From the human T2T-CHM13v2.0 reference genome, Homo sapiens, in the NCBI RefSeq assembly GCF_009914755.1, contig NC_060943.1: a stretch of DNA of 64,000 bases, one strand, 5' to 3'. A program made the position numbers and the translations under genes. The notes under the pieces were generated by a model. That model made no database searches and had not been told where the DNA came from. It saw only the letters and a program-made list of their open reading frames with translations. Of the stretch, positions 1-26,284 are shown piece by piece; position 1 is the first letter of the stretch; the number at the start of each line of letters is the position of its first letter.

Positions 1-176
1 TCAAAGCACAGAATTGGGCTTTTTACTCCCTGTGTAGCTGATTAAGCCTGTCCTCAATTGTCACCTCTTCGGACTGTGTACAGTAACTTCCCTGTTCCCG
101 TTGGCCCCTGTCTCCTTGCCTTTAAAGCACTTCATTAGTCACAGTTGCTTCACTTGTTTTTATTGTTTTCATTGTT

Positions 177-185
177 TATTATTAC

Positions 186-233
<48 letters not shown>
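177..233 (+). repeat. (ATT)n trinucleotide repeat (Alu tail)
   Basis: Directly visible; one ACT interruption. Confidence 0.95.
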
Positions 234-234
<1 letters not shown>

Positions 235-491
235 TTGAGACAAGATCCCACTCTGTCACCCAGGCTGGAGTGCGGTGATGTGATCACGGCTTACTGCAGC
301 TTTGACCTCCTGAGCTCAAGTGATCCTCCCACCTCAACCTCCCGAGTAACTGGGACTACAGGCGCGAGTCACCACATGCAGCTAGTTTTTTTTTTTTTTT
401 TTTTGTAGATATGGGGGTCTCACCATATTGTCCAGGCTGGTCTCAAACTTCTGGGCTCAAGCGATCTACCTGTCTTGGCCTCCCAAAGTGA

Positions 492-755
<264 letters not shown>

Positions 756-866
756 TAACTCCTGACCTCAGGTAATCTGCCTGCCTCAGCCTCCCAAAGT
801 GCTGGGATTACAGGTGTGAGCCACCACACCCGGCCTAAAGTTTTTAATTAACTTTTTTTTTTTTAG

Positions 867-1034
<168 letters not shown>

Positions 1035-1760
1035 TAGAGACAAGGGTCTCGCTAGGTTGTCCAGGCTGTTCTCAAATTCCAGGGTTCAATTGATCCTTCT
1101 GCCTTGGCCATCCAAAGTGCTGGGATTACAGGCACGAGCCATCACATCAGGCCTCACTTGCTTACTTGTTTCTCATCTGTCTCTGCAAGACACACTTAAA
1201 TATAAGTTCCATCACTGGAAGAACCTTGCATAGAACAGCACCTGGCTCATGGTAGGTGCTCAGTAAATGTCGAATGACATCAAGCTCCAAAGACGAAGCA
1301 AAGATCCCTGAGATAACTCCCACTCTCTCTCTTTCTCTCTGATTTTGTTTTGTTTTATTTTGAGATAGGGTCTGGCTCTGTTGCCCACCCTGGAGTGCAG
1401 TGGCGCCATCTCAGCTCACTGCAACCACGCCCAGGCTTAAACCATCCTCCCACCTCATCCTCCCTGGTAGTTGGGACCACAGGCACATGCCACCACACCT
1501 GGCTTAATTTTTGTATTTTTGATGGAGACAAGGTTTTGCCATATTGCCCAGGCTGGTCTTGAACCTGGGCTCAAGCAATCCAACTGCCTCAGCCTCCCAG
1601 AGTGCTGGGATTACAGGCGTGAGCCACCTCACCCAGCCGACAATACGTTTTTGTTGCTGAAGTCACCCCATCTGTGGAACTTTGTGACAGTGAATCCTAG
1701 CAAATTAACATAGAAGCCCTTGGCTAGACTCAGCTGCCATGATGTGGATGGTGTAATGGA

Positions 1761-2375
<615 letters not shown>

Positions 2376-3178
2376 AGGCTGGGCTGCAGTAGCTCACGCC
2401 TGTAATCCAAGCACTTTGAGAGGCCGAGGCGAGTGGATTGCTTGAGCTCAGTAGTTCGACATCAGCCTGGGCAACATGGCAAAACCCCATCTCTATCAGA
2501 AATACAAAAAATTAGCCAGGCATGGTGGTGTGAGCCCGAAATCCCAGATCCTAGGGAGGCTGAGGTAGGAGGATCACTTGAGCCAAGGGAGGTCTAGGCT
2601 GCAGTGAGCCATGATCATGCCACTGCACTCCAGCCTGGGCAATAGGGCGAGACCCTGTCTCAAAAAATTAAAATAAAAACAAACAAAAAACAAACTATTG
2701 ACTAACAGAGTTGGAACTGAGCCTCAACTGGACCTTCCTGGACTCTCTAGGCTACCCCTCTCTGGTTCCAGAGCTTGAGACTCAGCTAGCGCCAAGAAAT
2801 TTTGAGGTTACAGTGAGGACCTGGGTTCAGGGTCAGGGGCCCTGTCCTGCAATCCACAGGAGCTGGCCACGAGGTGTGGACCCAAGAGACTGATAAAGTC
2901 ACATTCTCAAGAGTGTTTTCTTGGTCTCTCTCTCTCTGTCTCTCTCTGTCTCTCTCTGTCTGTCTCTCTGTCTCTCTCTCCCCCTCTCCCTCTCCCTCTC
3001 CTCTTTTTCTTTCTTTCTTTGACAGAGTCTCTATCTGTCACCCAGGCTGGAGTGCAGTTGTGTGATCTCGCCTTAGCGCAACCTCCACCTCCTGGGCTCA
3101 AGTGATTCTCCCACCTCAGCTTCCTGAATAGCTGAGATTATAGGTGCATGCCACCATGCCCAGCTAATTTTCTTTTTA

Positions 3179-3695
<517 letters not shown>

Positions 3696-3773
3696 TTAAT
3701 AATAAGTTTAGGCCAGGCACAGTGGCTCATGCCTGTAATCTCAGTACTTTGGGAGGCCAAGGCAGGTAGGTCA

Positions 3774-3983
<210 letters not shown>

Positions 3984-3986
3984 CTA

Positions 3987-4163
<177 letters not shown>

Positions 4164-4648
4164 CTATCTCTGAAACAAAAATAATAACAAAAAAAGCAAA
4201 AAACAGGGAATTTTCCTTTCCTTCTTTATTGCCAGAAAGGAAAAAAAAAATCAGGGTCCTACATTTGCACAGATTGGCAGGTTCTGCCCATTGCTAGCCA
4301 GCTGACCTTGGGCTTCCCTTCCCCCATTCTCAAATTTGTCACCTGTGTATTCTACCTAATTTTAGTCCCAGTGGGTTGCTTTGTAATTTATCTTTATTTT
4401 TATTTTTTTGAGATGGAGTTTTGTTCTTGTTGCCCAGGCTTGAGTGCAATGGCATGATCTTGGCTCACCACAACCTCCGTCTCAGCTCACCGCAACCTCT
4501 GCCTCTGGAGTTAAAGCGATTCTCCTGCCTCAGCCTCCCGAGTAGCAGGGATTGCAGGCATGTGCCGCCACACTTGGCTAATTTTGTATTTTTAGTAGAG
4601 ACAGGGTTTCTACATGTTGGTGAGGCTGGTCTTGAACTCCCGACCTCA

Positions 4649-4858
<210 letters not shown>

Positions 4859-4956
4859 CTAATAAAGAATAATACATTAATAAAATAAAATAGGCCAGGC
4901 ACGGTGGCTCACGCCTGTAATCCCAGCACTTCGAGAGGCCAAGACGGGTGGGATCA

Positions 4957-5199
<243 letters not shown>

Positions 5200-5276
5200 C
5201 TAAGATAAAACAAAACAGAGCTCCTTGCAGGAGGAAACTGACGCACACACCTACCTGGACCAGATTCTTACTTTTC

Positions 5277-5295
5277 TGCCACCAGGGGGCGGTCC
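5277..5295 (+). promoter_or_regulatory. CTCF-binding motif
   Basis: TGCCACCAGGGGGCGGTCC contains the exact core CCACCAGGGGGCG, in a small unique CpG-containing gap between Alus. Confidence 0.75.
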
Positions 5296-5607
5296 TGCTA
5301 TGGCGTTCAGGCGTCTGGCTCCGGGGTGGAGCTTTGCTGACTAGGGGAGGGTTAAGCACCGAGTAGCTGTGGGCTGACTTACTGCTTTTTTTTTTTTTTT
5401 TTTGTCGTTTAGAATTAACATTTATTGGAAAGGAGGGGAGGGGAGGGAGTACTGTTCTCATTATAAAATCATTACCTGTGTGCTTCAGCCAGGTGCAGTG
5501 GCTCATGCCTGTAATCCCAGCACTTTGGGAGGCTGAGGCAGGTGGATCACTTGAGGTCAGGAGTTCGAGACCAGCCTGGACAAGAAGATGAAACCCCGTA
5601 TCTACTA

Positions 5608-5859
<252 letters not shown>

Positions 5860-5897
5860 TCATTTGGAAATATATGTTCATGGAAAGCAGAGTGTAA

Positions 5898-6380
<483 letters not shown>

Positions 6381-6787
6381 TGATGACATGAAAACATGCT
6401 TAACAAAGACAGAAGACAAACAAAGCCAATAGCCTGGAAGGAAATATTTGTCACATAAATTAGGCAGATGATCGAGCTTTGTTCATGTTTATTGAACACT
6501 TACTATTATATATACCAGCCATTGTTTGGGGGGGGTTGTATTTATCAAATAACTTAATTTTTAGCCCTTTGATATAGGTAGTATTATTATTTCCTTTTTT
6601 ATCTTTTTGGTGTTTTTGTTGGTGTTGTTGCTGTTTTTGAGAATGGGTACCGCTCTGTCGCCCAGGCTGGAGTGCTATTGGGCAATCATATCTCACAGCA
6701 GCCTCGACCTCCTGGGCTCAAGCAATCCTCCCACCTCAGCCTCCCCAGTAGCTGAGACTACAGGCCCCTGTCACCACACCTGACTAA

Positions 6788-6952
<165 letters not shown>

Positions 6953-7033
6953 TAATTTGGCAAATGCTAAAAATATTAACACATCCAGTCACACTGAAAG
7001 TTGGGTGAATAAGAAACATCTTCACAGTGTTAG

Positions 7034-7304
<271 letters not shown>

Positions 7305-7994
7305 TAACCAGGATGGTCTCGATCTCCTGACCTTGTGATCCGCCCGCCTTGGCCTCCCAGTAAACAACAAATATAAAGCGCATAACTTTTGACCTAGCCG
7401 GGTTTCGTCCAACAATCAATCCTCTATAAATGCATGCGTCTAAAGATGTGTGTTCCTCACAGCGCTTTTCTGCAATGATGCCGTTGCTTATAAAAGTGAA
7501 AATTGGAAAACAGTCTCAGTGACTGACAACAGAGGCATAGTTTAATAAATTAGGGCACAGTACCTTACGGGAATGCTCTGAAGCCATTAACAAGAATGAA
7601 ACAGACTTATAGCTATTGACATAAAAAAAATTCCTAGGTACTCTGCTCCACGGATAAAAAGAGTCATAGAACATTGTGTACAGTATGATCACATTTACGT
7701 CCAAGACCGTCCATGACACACAGGTTTGTACATGCACGGGATGCCCTGGGAGGATAGTTCCTTGGGAAGAAATATCAGGGTGGGAATTTAAGGGGGAGAA
7801 TTTCAATATTTTTACTTTTCTACTGTTTGACACTTTAACAATGAGATTGCATTATTGTGATAATTTTTAAATTTATTTGATAATTTTTAAAGCCCCCAGA
7901 AATGATCCTGTTTTGAAATTGTTAAATATTTCTTTTTGTTTTACTTATTTATTTATTTTCGAGACAGGGTCTCATCCCATCACCCAGGCTGTAG

Positions 7995-8210
<216 letters not shown>

Positions 8211-8517
8211 TAGGATTACGGGCATGAGCCACCTTGCCTGGCTCTTTTTAAATTTTATTATTTTTTATTTTACAAAAGTAGAGACAGGGTCTCACTATTC
8301 TGCCCAGGCTGGTGTTGAACTCCTGGGCTCAAGTGGCTGGCCCACCTCCACCTCCCAGAGTGTTGGGATCACGGGCTTGAGCCATCGCACCTGGCCTAAA
8401 TATTTCTTTAAAATGACAGAAAGCCGGGCATGGTGGCTCACTCCTGTAATCCCAGCACTCTGGGAGGCCGAGGCAGGCGGATTACCTGAGGTCAGGAGTT
8501 CGAGACCAGCCTGGTCA

Positions 8518-8757
<240 letters not shown>

Positions 8758-8896
8758 TCACATCAATTAGGCAGAATATCAAGCATTGTTCATGTTTATT
8801 GAACACTTATTGTATACCAGCCACTGTTTTGAGGCGGGGGGGGGTTATGGTTATATTTATCAAGTAACTTAATCCTGTGATCATGGTTGTTTCTGA

Positions 8897-9052
<156 letters not shown>

Positions 9053-9157
9053 TAGCTGGGATTACAGGCATGCGCCACCACGCCTGGTAAATTTTGTATT
9101 TTTAGTAGAGACAGGGTTTCTCCATGTTGGCCAGGCTGGCTCGAGCTCCCAACCTCA

Positions 9158-9274
<117 letters not shown>

Positions 9275-9910
9275 TTATCTCTAATTTTTGTGTTTGGTTT
9301 ATTTCAGAGTTGGGATCTCACTATGTTGCCCAGGCTGGTCTTAAACTGGACGATTCTCCGGCCTCAGTCTCTCGAAGCGCTGGGATTACTGACAAGCCAC
9401 TGCCCCAGTCCTGCTTAGTTTTCTTTACATTACAAAGCAAACTTTTGTGTCAGGGACTAAAATCAGGTAGAATACAAAGATGGTAAAACAGTCTGGGAGA
9501 GCTTAAACCCGAGGCCATCTAGCTGGCAAGCGGCAGAACTTGCCACTCTGTGCACGTTCAAGTCCCTGTTCTTTTGTTTGTTTCTTGTTTTTTTTTAGAG
9601 ACAGGTTCTCTCTCTGTCGCCCAGCTGGGAGGGAGTGCACAGGCATGATCATAGCTCAGTGCAGTCTCCACCTCCTAGGCTCAATCGATCCTCCCACCTC
9701 TGCCTCCCAAGTAGGTGGGACTAGAGGCATGCGACACCATGCCTAGCTCATTTTTAATTTTTTTTTTATAAAGACGGAGTCACGGCTGGGCACAGCAGCT
9801 CATGTCTCTAATCCCAGAACTTTGGGAGGCTGAAACCAGCAGATCACGAGGTCAGGAGTTCAAGACCAGCCTGGCCAACATAGTGAAACCCCGTCTCTAC
9901 TAAAAATTCA

Positions 9911-10057
<147 letters not shown>

Positions 10058-10063
10058 TTAGTC

Positions 10064-10097
<34 letters not shown>

Positions 10098-10394
10098 CCA
10101 GGCATGGTGACTCACACCTATAATCCTAGCCCTTTGGGAGGCTGAGGTGGGTGGATCACCTGAGGTTGGGAGTTCGGGACCAGCCTGGCCAACATGGAGA
10201 AACCCTGTCCGTACTAAAAATACAAAAATTAGATGGGCGTGATGGCGCATGCCTGTAATCCCATTTACTCAGGAGGCTGAGGCAGGAGAATCGCTTGAAC
10301 CCAGGAGGTGGAGGTTGTGATAAGCTGAGATGGCGCCACTGAACTCCAGCCTGGTCAACAAGAGCCAAACTCCATCTCAAAAAAAAAAAAAGAT

Positions 10395-12270
<1,876 letters not shown>

Positions 12271-12520
12271 CTCAGTGTGCAAATGCTTTTCAAGCCTCTG
12301 CTTCTCTCACATTTTCTATTGTCCCATTGGCCAAAATAAGTCATATGGCCAAACCCTGAGTCAGCATGGGAGGGGACTCCCCAAGGGCGTGGATACGAGC
12401 AGATGTGAACAAACCGGGAATTATTACTTCTACAATCCACCACACGAAGTCCCTCCCTGTGGTAAGTTTCTGCCCCTAAGGGACAGATTTGTTCACATTA
12501 GTTGCTTGGTGATTTATTCA

Positions 12521-12675
12521 TATATATTTATTTATATATTTATTAATATGTATTTATTTATATATTTATTAATATATATTTATTTATATATTTATTAATA
12601 TATATTTAACAAATACATTGATAAATATATGTTAATATATTTATTATAAATAAGTTTATAGAAATATATATATAT
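12521..12675. repeat. AT-rich minisatellite (26-bp unit x ~3.3) with AT-rich tail
   Basis: tatatatttatttatatatttattaa at 12521, 12547 (1 mismatch) and 12573. Confidence 0.9.
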
Positions 12676-12743
12676 GGCCAGGCCAGGCGCAGTAACTCAC
12701 ACTTGTAATCCGAGCACGTTGGGAGGCCGAGGTGGGTAGATCA

Positions 12744-13389
<646 letters not shown>

Positions 13390-13392
13390 TAG

Positions 13393-13509
<117 letters not shown>

Positions 13510-13820
13510 TAGGATACATAACTTAGTAGAGAAGTTGAGAAGTGAGGAGAGCATACTGAAAGGTAAGTCAGGGTGATGGGGGCTCAGAAAGTACCAGAAG
13601 GGCCAGGAAACAGATTCCACAAACATCAATTGAGTATTTACTGTATGCATGAATCTGCTAAAGGAATAACTGTGTGGTCAACAGAGCTGGAAAATATGGC
13701 TTTTCTCAATAATGAGCTCCCTGTTCACAGAAAGAATCAAGGATAGGCTGAATTTTGTGAGCTCCGGGGAAAGGTTTGGACTAGCAGATGTTTAAGGCTC
13801 TGTTCTTTTGGAATAGTCTA

Positions 13821-15608
<1,788 letters not shown>

Positions 15609-16618
15609 AAAGGAGTGATGTGGCCACCAGGTGCGGTGGCTCACACCTGTAATCTCAGCACTTTGGGAGGCTGAGGCAAGTGGATCACCAGAAGTCAGGA
15701 GTTTGAGACCAGCCTGGCCAACATGGTGAAACCCTATCGCTACTAAAAATACAAAAATTAGCTGGGCGTGGTGGCGGGTGTCTGTAATCGCAGCTACTTT
15801 GGAGACTGAGGCACGAGAATCACTTGAATCCAGGAGGCAGAGGTTGTAGTGAGCCAAGATCGCACCACTGCACTCCAGCCTAGATGACAGAGCAAGATTC
15901 TGTCTCAAAAAATAAAACAATTAAAAAAAAAGAGTGGATGGTGGGTGATGATGCAGAGAGGTTTAGGAGGGGAGGTTTTAGGTAAAACCTCCCTCACTGA
16001 CTCCTCTCACTGACTTCTTCATCGGACACCCTCTTTCCTGCCTTCCCACACACATACCGCTAAGACTGTCTTCCCCGAGGTCACTATAGGACGCCGTGTC
16101 CCGAGATCCAATGCAACCACCCACTTCTTATCTCACACAGCCTCCAGGCCAGCCCAAGACACTGGAGACTACTCCCACCTTCCCAAAGCCTTTGTTCCCT
16201 TGTTAGTTTGATTTCCTCCCTCCCTGGAAGCTCAGAGCCTCCTCTTTCTCCTCCATCCCCTCCCAGGGCCACATCCTCAACCCATGTCTCACATTCCATG
16301 GAGCTTCATTTATATCACTGGCACACCTGTATTCCCAATCTATGTTTGTTGGTTTGTTTTGAGTCAGAGTCTTGCTCTGTCCCCCAGGCTGGAGTGCAAT
16401 GGCACCATCTCGGCTCACTGCAACCTCTGCCTCCTGGGTTCAAGCGAGTCTCCTGCCTCAGCCTCCTGAGTAGCTGGGATTATAGGTGTGTACCACTTTT
16501 TTGTATTTTATTTTATTTTATTTTTTCGAGACAGGGTCTCACTCTGTCTCCCAGGCTCGGGTGCAATGGCATGATCTCGCCTCACTGCAACCTCCACCCA
16601 CCTCCCAGGTTCAAGTGA

Positions 16619-16957
<339 letters not shown>

Positions 16958-17135
16958 TGATAAGGACAAGAAGATACCACAGTTTCAGAGGATGATACAG
17001 ACATTCATTTGTGTTGGGCTCCTGTTGGCTTCACCAATATCAAAAAAGCTTCCAGCTGGGCGTGGTGGCTCATGCCTGTAATGCCAGCATTTTGGGAGGC
17101 CATGGCAGACTGTTAGTTTGAGCCCAGGAGTTTGA

Positions 17136-17345
<210 letters not shown>

Positions 17346-17852
17346 TAGTAGAGATGGGGTTTCACTGTGTTAGCCTGGATGGTCTTGATCTCCTGACCTC
17401 GTGATCTGCCTGCCCCGGCCTCCCAAAGTGCTGGGATTACAGGCTTGAGCCACCGCGCCCGGCCGAGATCCTATCTTTAAAAAACAACTTAGCCGGGCAT
17501 GGTGGCACCCACCTGTGGTCTCAGCAACTTGGGAGGCTGAGGTGGGAGGATCGCTTGAGCTTGTAAGGTCGAGGCTGCAGTGAGCTATGATCGTGTCACT
17601 GCACTCCAGCCTGCGAAACAGAAACCCTGTCTCAAAAAGAAAAGAAAAGAGCAGCTGGAGCCCCCTTATCTCTGCACGTCTCCCCCACTCTCAATCACCT
17701 TGGTCTTTTTTTTTTTTTAATCTACCAAAGTCACTTTCTCGCCTCTGTCTGCCCAAACACCTCCTTCTACCAGAGGGAGGGAAAGGAAGTTTCTTCCTAT
17801 CAAGGACATATAAATGACGGAGAGCACACTTGAAATAATGTCTCTCCCTTGA

Positions 17853-18545
<693 letters not shown>

Positions 18546-18674
18546 TTTTTTTTTTTCGAGAAGGAGTCTTGCTCTGTCACCCAGGCGGGAGTGCAGTGAC
18601 ATGATCTTGGCTCACTGCAACTTCCACCTCCCAGGTTCAAGTGATTCTCGTGCCTCAGCCTCCTGAGTAGCTGA

Positions 18675-18938
<264 letters not shown>

Positions 18939-19611
18939 TGAACTCCAGGCCTCAAGTGATCCACCCACCTTGGCCTCCCAAAGTCCTGGGATTACACACA
19001 TGAGCCACCGCGCCGGCCTTTTTTGCTTTTTGTTTCAAAGAGCGATAGGGTCTTGCTGTGTCACCCAGGCTGGAATGCGGTGGTGTGATCATAGCTCACT
19101 CCTCTCACTCTTTTGGGGATCTTGTGTATTGGTGGAGGTGCCTGGGCCCGCTCTCATCATCATGTGGTAAAGATGACAAATTTCTGGCCTCCTTGGTGGC
19201 CCTCCGGGATGTGAAACTCAACCTGTCCAAGACGAAACTCATCCTCCCCACCCAGCCTGGCCCCTCATCTCCTGTCCCCATCTCAGCATGCAGCACCACC
19301 ATCTACCTGCTTGCGAAAGGCAGAGATCTGGGCATCTTCCAAGACTCCGCCCTCCCTCTCCTGGCCGCCTGTTCCCATCCACCAGCAAGCCCTGCCAATT
19401 CCATCTCCCAACACATTCTGCACCCGTGCGTGCTCCCCGGCCCCAAAGCCACACCCTGGGGCTGACCTCGTTACTGAAGCCTCTGTGGTCTACCTGAAAT
19501 TGTCTTGGCAACACCGGGTCCCCTAAGGGCAACCTGAAGCTCACAGATGTGCATGGGTTTTTCTGGACCAAGCTTTCAGGTTTGATTTTGTCATCCGTAT
19601 GTACGCAGTTT

Positions 19612-19612
<1 letters not shown>

Positions 19613-19661
<49 letters not shown>
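19613..19661 (+). repeat. (TTTC)n tetranucleotide repeat (Alu tail)
   Basis: ~12 units. Confidence 0.95.
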
Positions 19662-19663
<2 letters not shown>

Positions 19664-19719
19664 TTATTTTTTTTTTTTTTGAGACAGAGTCTTGCTCTGT
19701 CACCCAGGCTGCAATGTAG

Positions 19720-19848
<129 letters not shown>

Positions 19849-19966
19849 TAGAGATGGGGTTTCACCATGTTGGCCAGACTGGTCTTGAACTCTTGACCTC
19901 AAGTGATCCGCCTGCCTCAGCCCCCCAAGGGGCTGGGATTACAGGAGTAAGCCACTGAGCCCAACC

Positions 19967-20188
19967 TGTTCATGGTTTTTAAGGGGACGATGATTCCTCC
20001 TGCTGGGGGACATTTGGCAATGTCTGGAGACATTTTGGGTTGTCACAACTGGAGGGGGCTGCTAGTGGCATCTGGTAGGTAGAGACCAAGGGTGCTGCTA
20101 AACTTCATGCAATGCACAGGATGGCCCCCACAGCAAAGAGTTATCCAAATATTCTACATCTCAATAGTGCCGTGATCAAGAAAACCTG
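19967..20188 (+). mobile_element. MER20 (hAT-Charlie MITE)
   Basis: gggacatttggcaatgtctggagacattttgggttgtcacaactgg..ggcatctggtaggtagagaccaagggtgctgctaaac. Confidence 0.85.
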
Positions 20189-20260
20189 TACTTGTACTAC
20201 CCGAAGTGTGAGCTGCAGACTGCAGCTGGTCCCCAAGCTGTTGATTTCCCATTTAGATGA

Positions 20261-20446
<186 letters not shown>

Positions 20447-20557
20447 TAATTTTTGTATTTTTAGTAGAGACAGGGTTTCACCATGTTGCCCAGGCTGGTT
20501 TCAAACTCCTGACCTCAGGTGATCTCCCTGCCTCGGCCTCCCAAAGTGCTGGGGTTA

Positions 20558-20944
<387 letters not shown>

Positions 20945-20994
20945 TCACACAGTAATTTTATGACAGCTGGGCTCATGTTCTGCATGCCTTTTAA

Positions 20995-21224
<230 letters not shown>

Positions 21225-22231
21225 TAGAGACGGGGGTTTCTCCACGTTGGTCAGGCTGGTGTCAAACTCTCGAACTCAGGTGATCTGCCCACCTTGGCCT
21301 CCAAAAGTGCTGGGATTACAGGTGTGAGCCACCGCGCCCGGCCTTTTATTTTCATTTTCTTGGAGACAAGGTCTCACTCTGTTGCCCAGGATGGAGTGCA
21401 GTGGTGCGATCACAGCTCACTGCAGCCTCCAACTCCTGGGCTCAAGTGACCCTCTCACCTCAGCCTCCTGAGTGGCTGGGACTACAGGCTTGTGCCACCA
21501 TACCCAGCTAATAGACTTTTTAAAGAACAGTGTTAAATTTTCAGAAAAATCAAGTAGATGGTACAGAGAGTTTGAGTACACTCATTCTCCCCCAACACAT
21601 ACACAATACAATTTCCCCTTTTATTAACATCTTACACTGGTATGGCACATTTGATACAATCAATGAACCAATTTTTTTTTTTTTTTAAGACAGAGTCTCG
21701 CTCTGCTGCCCACACTGGAGAGGAGGGGGTGCGATCTCAGCTCACTGCAATCTCCGCCTCCCAGGAATGAACCAATATGGATACATTTTTAGTAACTAAA
21801 GTCCATTCTTCATTCAGTTTCTTCAGCTTTCCCTTAATGCCCTGTTTCTGTCCCAGGATCCCATGCAGGATTTCACATTTATTTATTTGAGACAGAGTCT
21901 CACTCTGTCACCCAGCCTGGAGTGCAATGGCGTGATCTTGGCTCCCTGCAACCTCCACCTCCCAGGTTCAAGCAATTCTCCAGCCTTAGCCTCTCAGTTC
22001 CTGAGAAACTGTCCCAGTTGAATGGAAGGAGAAGTGATGACTAAATGTCATGTGAGGCCGGGTGTGGTGGCTCACGCCTGTAATCCCAGCACTTTGGTAG
22101 GTGGAGATGGGCGGATCACCTGAGGTCAGGAGTTCGAGACCAGCCTGGCCAACATGGTGAAACCCCGTCTCTACTAAAAAGACAAAAATTAGCCAGGCGT
22201 GGTGGTGTGTGCCTGTAATCCCAGCTACTCA

Positions 22232-22672
<441 letters not shown>

Positions 22673-22960
22673 TTACACCTAAGGATTGGAGAGTTACGTT
22701 CCACTCCTTGAGGGCAGAGCATCTACATGAATTATTTGAAATTCTTCTGCAGGGGAAGAAGTCCCTCATCCCCTATTATGAAATTATGTGCTCCTTTTTT
22801 TTTTTTTTTTTTTTTTTTTTGTTGCCCAGGCTGCAGTGCACTTATGCAAACACGGCTCACTGCAGCCCCAACCTCCCACTCTTAAGCAATCCTCCCACCT
22901 CAGCCTCCTGAATAGCTGGGATTACAGGTGTGCACTGCCACACCCAGCTAATTTCTTTAA

Positions 22961-23491
<531 letters not shown>

Positions 23492-23772
23492 TGAGTTGAG
23501 ATCTTGTCACCACACTTCAGCCTGGGTAACAGAGTGAGACTTCACCTCAAAATAAATAAATACATAAATACATAAATAAAAATTTAAAAAAAAAGAATGG
23601 GGCCGTGTGTGGTGGCTTACACCTGTAATCCCAGCACTTTGGGAGGCTGAGGCGGGCGGATCACCTGAGGTCATGAGTTCAAGTCCAGCCTGGCCAAAAT
23701 GTTGAAACCCCATTTCTACTAAAAATACAAAAATTAGCCAGGCATGGTGGCGTGCGCCTGCACTCCCAACTA

Positions 23773-23880
<108 letters not shown>

Positions 23881-24000
23881 TCAAAAAAAAAAAAAATGAA
23901 GAAGTGGTGCTTTACCAGGGAGAGTCTGGGCAGCAAAACACCCTCCGGCGTCTCCTGGCATTGCTCCTGGCTGCACTCCAGGGACAGTGCCCTTCCTTGA

Positions 24001-24426
<426 letters not shown>

Positions 24427-26155
24427 TAGAGATGGGGTTTCACCATGTTAGCCAGGATGGTTTCCATCTCCTGACCTTGTGATCCACCCGCCTCGGCCTC
24501 CCAAAGTGCTGGGATTATAGGCATGAGCCACCGCGCCTGGCCATGAAATGATTTCTTTCACTCGTATTAGTCTATTGCATCTAAATGCAACTGTCATGAG
24601 GCGCAAGGACAGGGATGGCCTTTGGCATGCACAATATTTGTTTTTTGTTTTGTTTTGTTTGTTTTTTGAGACGGAGTCTCGCTCTGTGCCCCAGGCTGGA
24701 GTGCGGTGCGCGATCTCAGCAAACTGCAACCTCCGCCTCCTGGGTTCAAGAAATTCTCCTGCCTCAGCCTCCCAAGTGGCTGGGACTACAGGTGTACACC
24801 ACCACGCCTGGCTAATTTTTGTATTTTATTTTATTTTATTTTACTGAGACGGAGTCTCGCTCTGTTGCCCAGGCTGGGGTGCAATGGCATGATCTTGGCT
24901 CACTGCAACCTCCGCCTCCTGGGTTCAAGCGATTTCCAGCTAATTTTTGTCTTTTAAGTAGAGACGAGGTTTCAGCAAGTTGGCCAGGCTGGTCTTGAAC
25001 TCCTGATCTCAAGTGATCCGTCCACCTCGACCTCCCAAAGTGGCTAGGATTACAGGCGTGAGCTAGCACGCCCAGCCTAATTTTTGTATTTTAGTAGAGA
25101 CAGGGTTTCACCATGATGGCCAGGCTGGTCATGAACTCCTGACCTCAAGTAATCCGCTTGCCTCAGCCTCCCAGAGTGCTGGGATTACAGGTGTGAGCCA
25201 CCGTGCCCAGAATGTTGGTTTTTTGTTTTGTTTTTGTTTTTGAGATAGGATCTTGCTCTGTTGCCCAGGCTGGAGTTCAGTGGCATGATCACAACTCGCG
25301 TCACTGCAACCTCCACCTCCCAGGCTCAAGGGATGCTCCTGCCTCAGCCTCCCAAGTAGCTGGAACTACAGGTTCAAGCCACCATACCCAGCTAATTTTT
25401 TGTATTGTTTACAGAAATGGGGTTTTTCCATGTTGCCCAGGTTGGTCTCGCACTGCTGGGCTCAAGTGATCTACCGCCTCGGCCTCCCAAAGTGCTGGGA
25501 CTACAAGCATGCACCACCCCGCCCGGCTAATTTTTGTATTTTGTGTGTGTGTGTGGAGACAGGATCTCACTGTGTGGCCCAGGTTGTTGTCAAACTCCTG
25601 GGCTCAAGCAATCTGCCCACCTCAGCCTCCCAAAGTGCCGAGATTACAGGCGTGTGCCACCATGCCCAGTCAATATTGTTCTTAAAAATTATTTTGAGGC
25701 TGGGCATGGTGGCTGGGCATGGTGGCTCACACCTGTAATCCAGGCACTTTGGGAAGCCGAGGTGGAAGGATCGCTTGAGGCCAGGTGTTTGAAACTAGCC
25801 TGGGCAACATAGCCAGACCCATCTCTACAAAATATTTTTTAAATTAGCAGGGTGTGGTGGTGCACACCTGTAGTCCTAGCTACTCAGGAGGCTGAGACAG
25901 GAGGATCGCTTGAGCCCACGAGTTCCAGCCTACAGCGAACTATGATTGCGCCACTGCACTCCAGCCTGGGCATCAGAGCGATACCCTATTTCTACAAATA
26001 TATATATAACATATATACATATATAGCATATAATATTTACATATATATAACATAATATTTACAGATATATATATACACACACACTATATATAAATAATTC
26101 TTTTGAAATATTTTGGACATGTCCCCCTGAGGTACCTGGGGAGTGCTGATAATAA

Positions 26156-26284
<129 letters not shown>

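Noticed and set aside
17767-17779. CTCF-like CTACCAGAGGGAG
   Set aside because: Two mismatches at core positions; not supportable without ChIP data.
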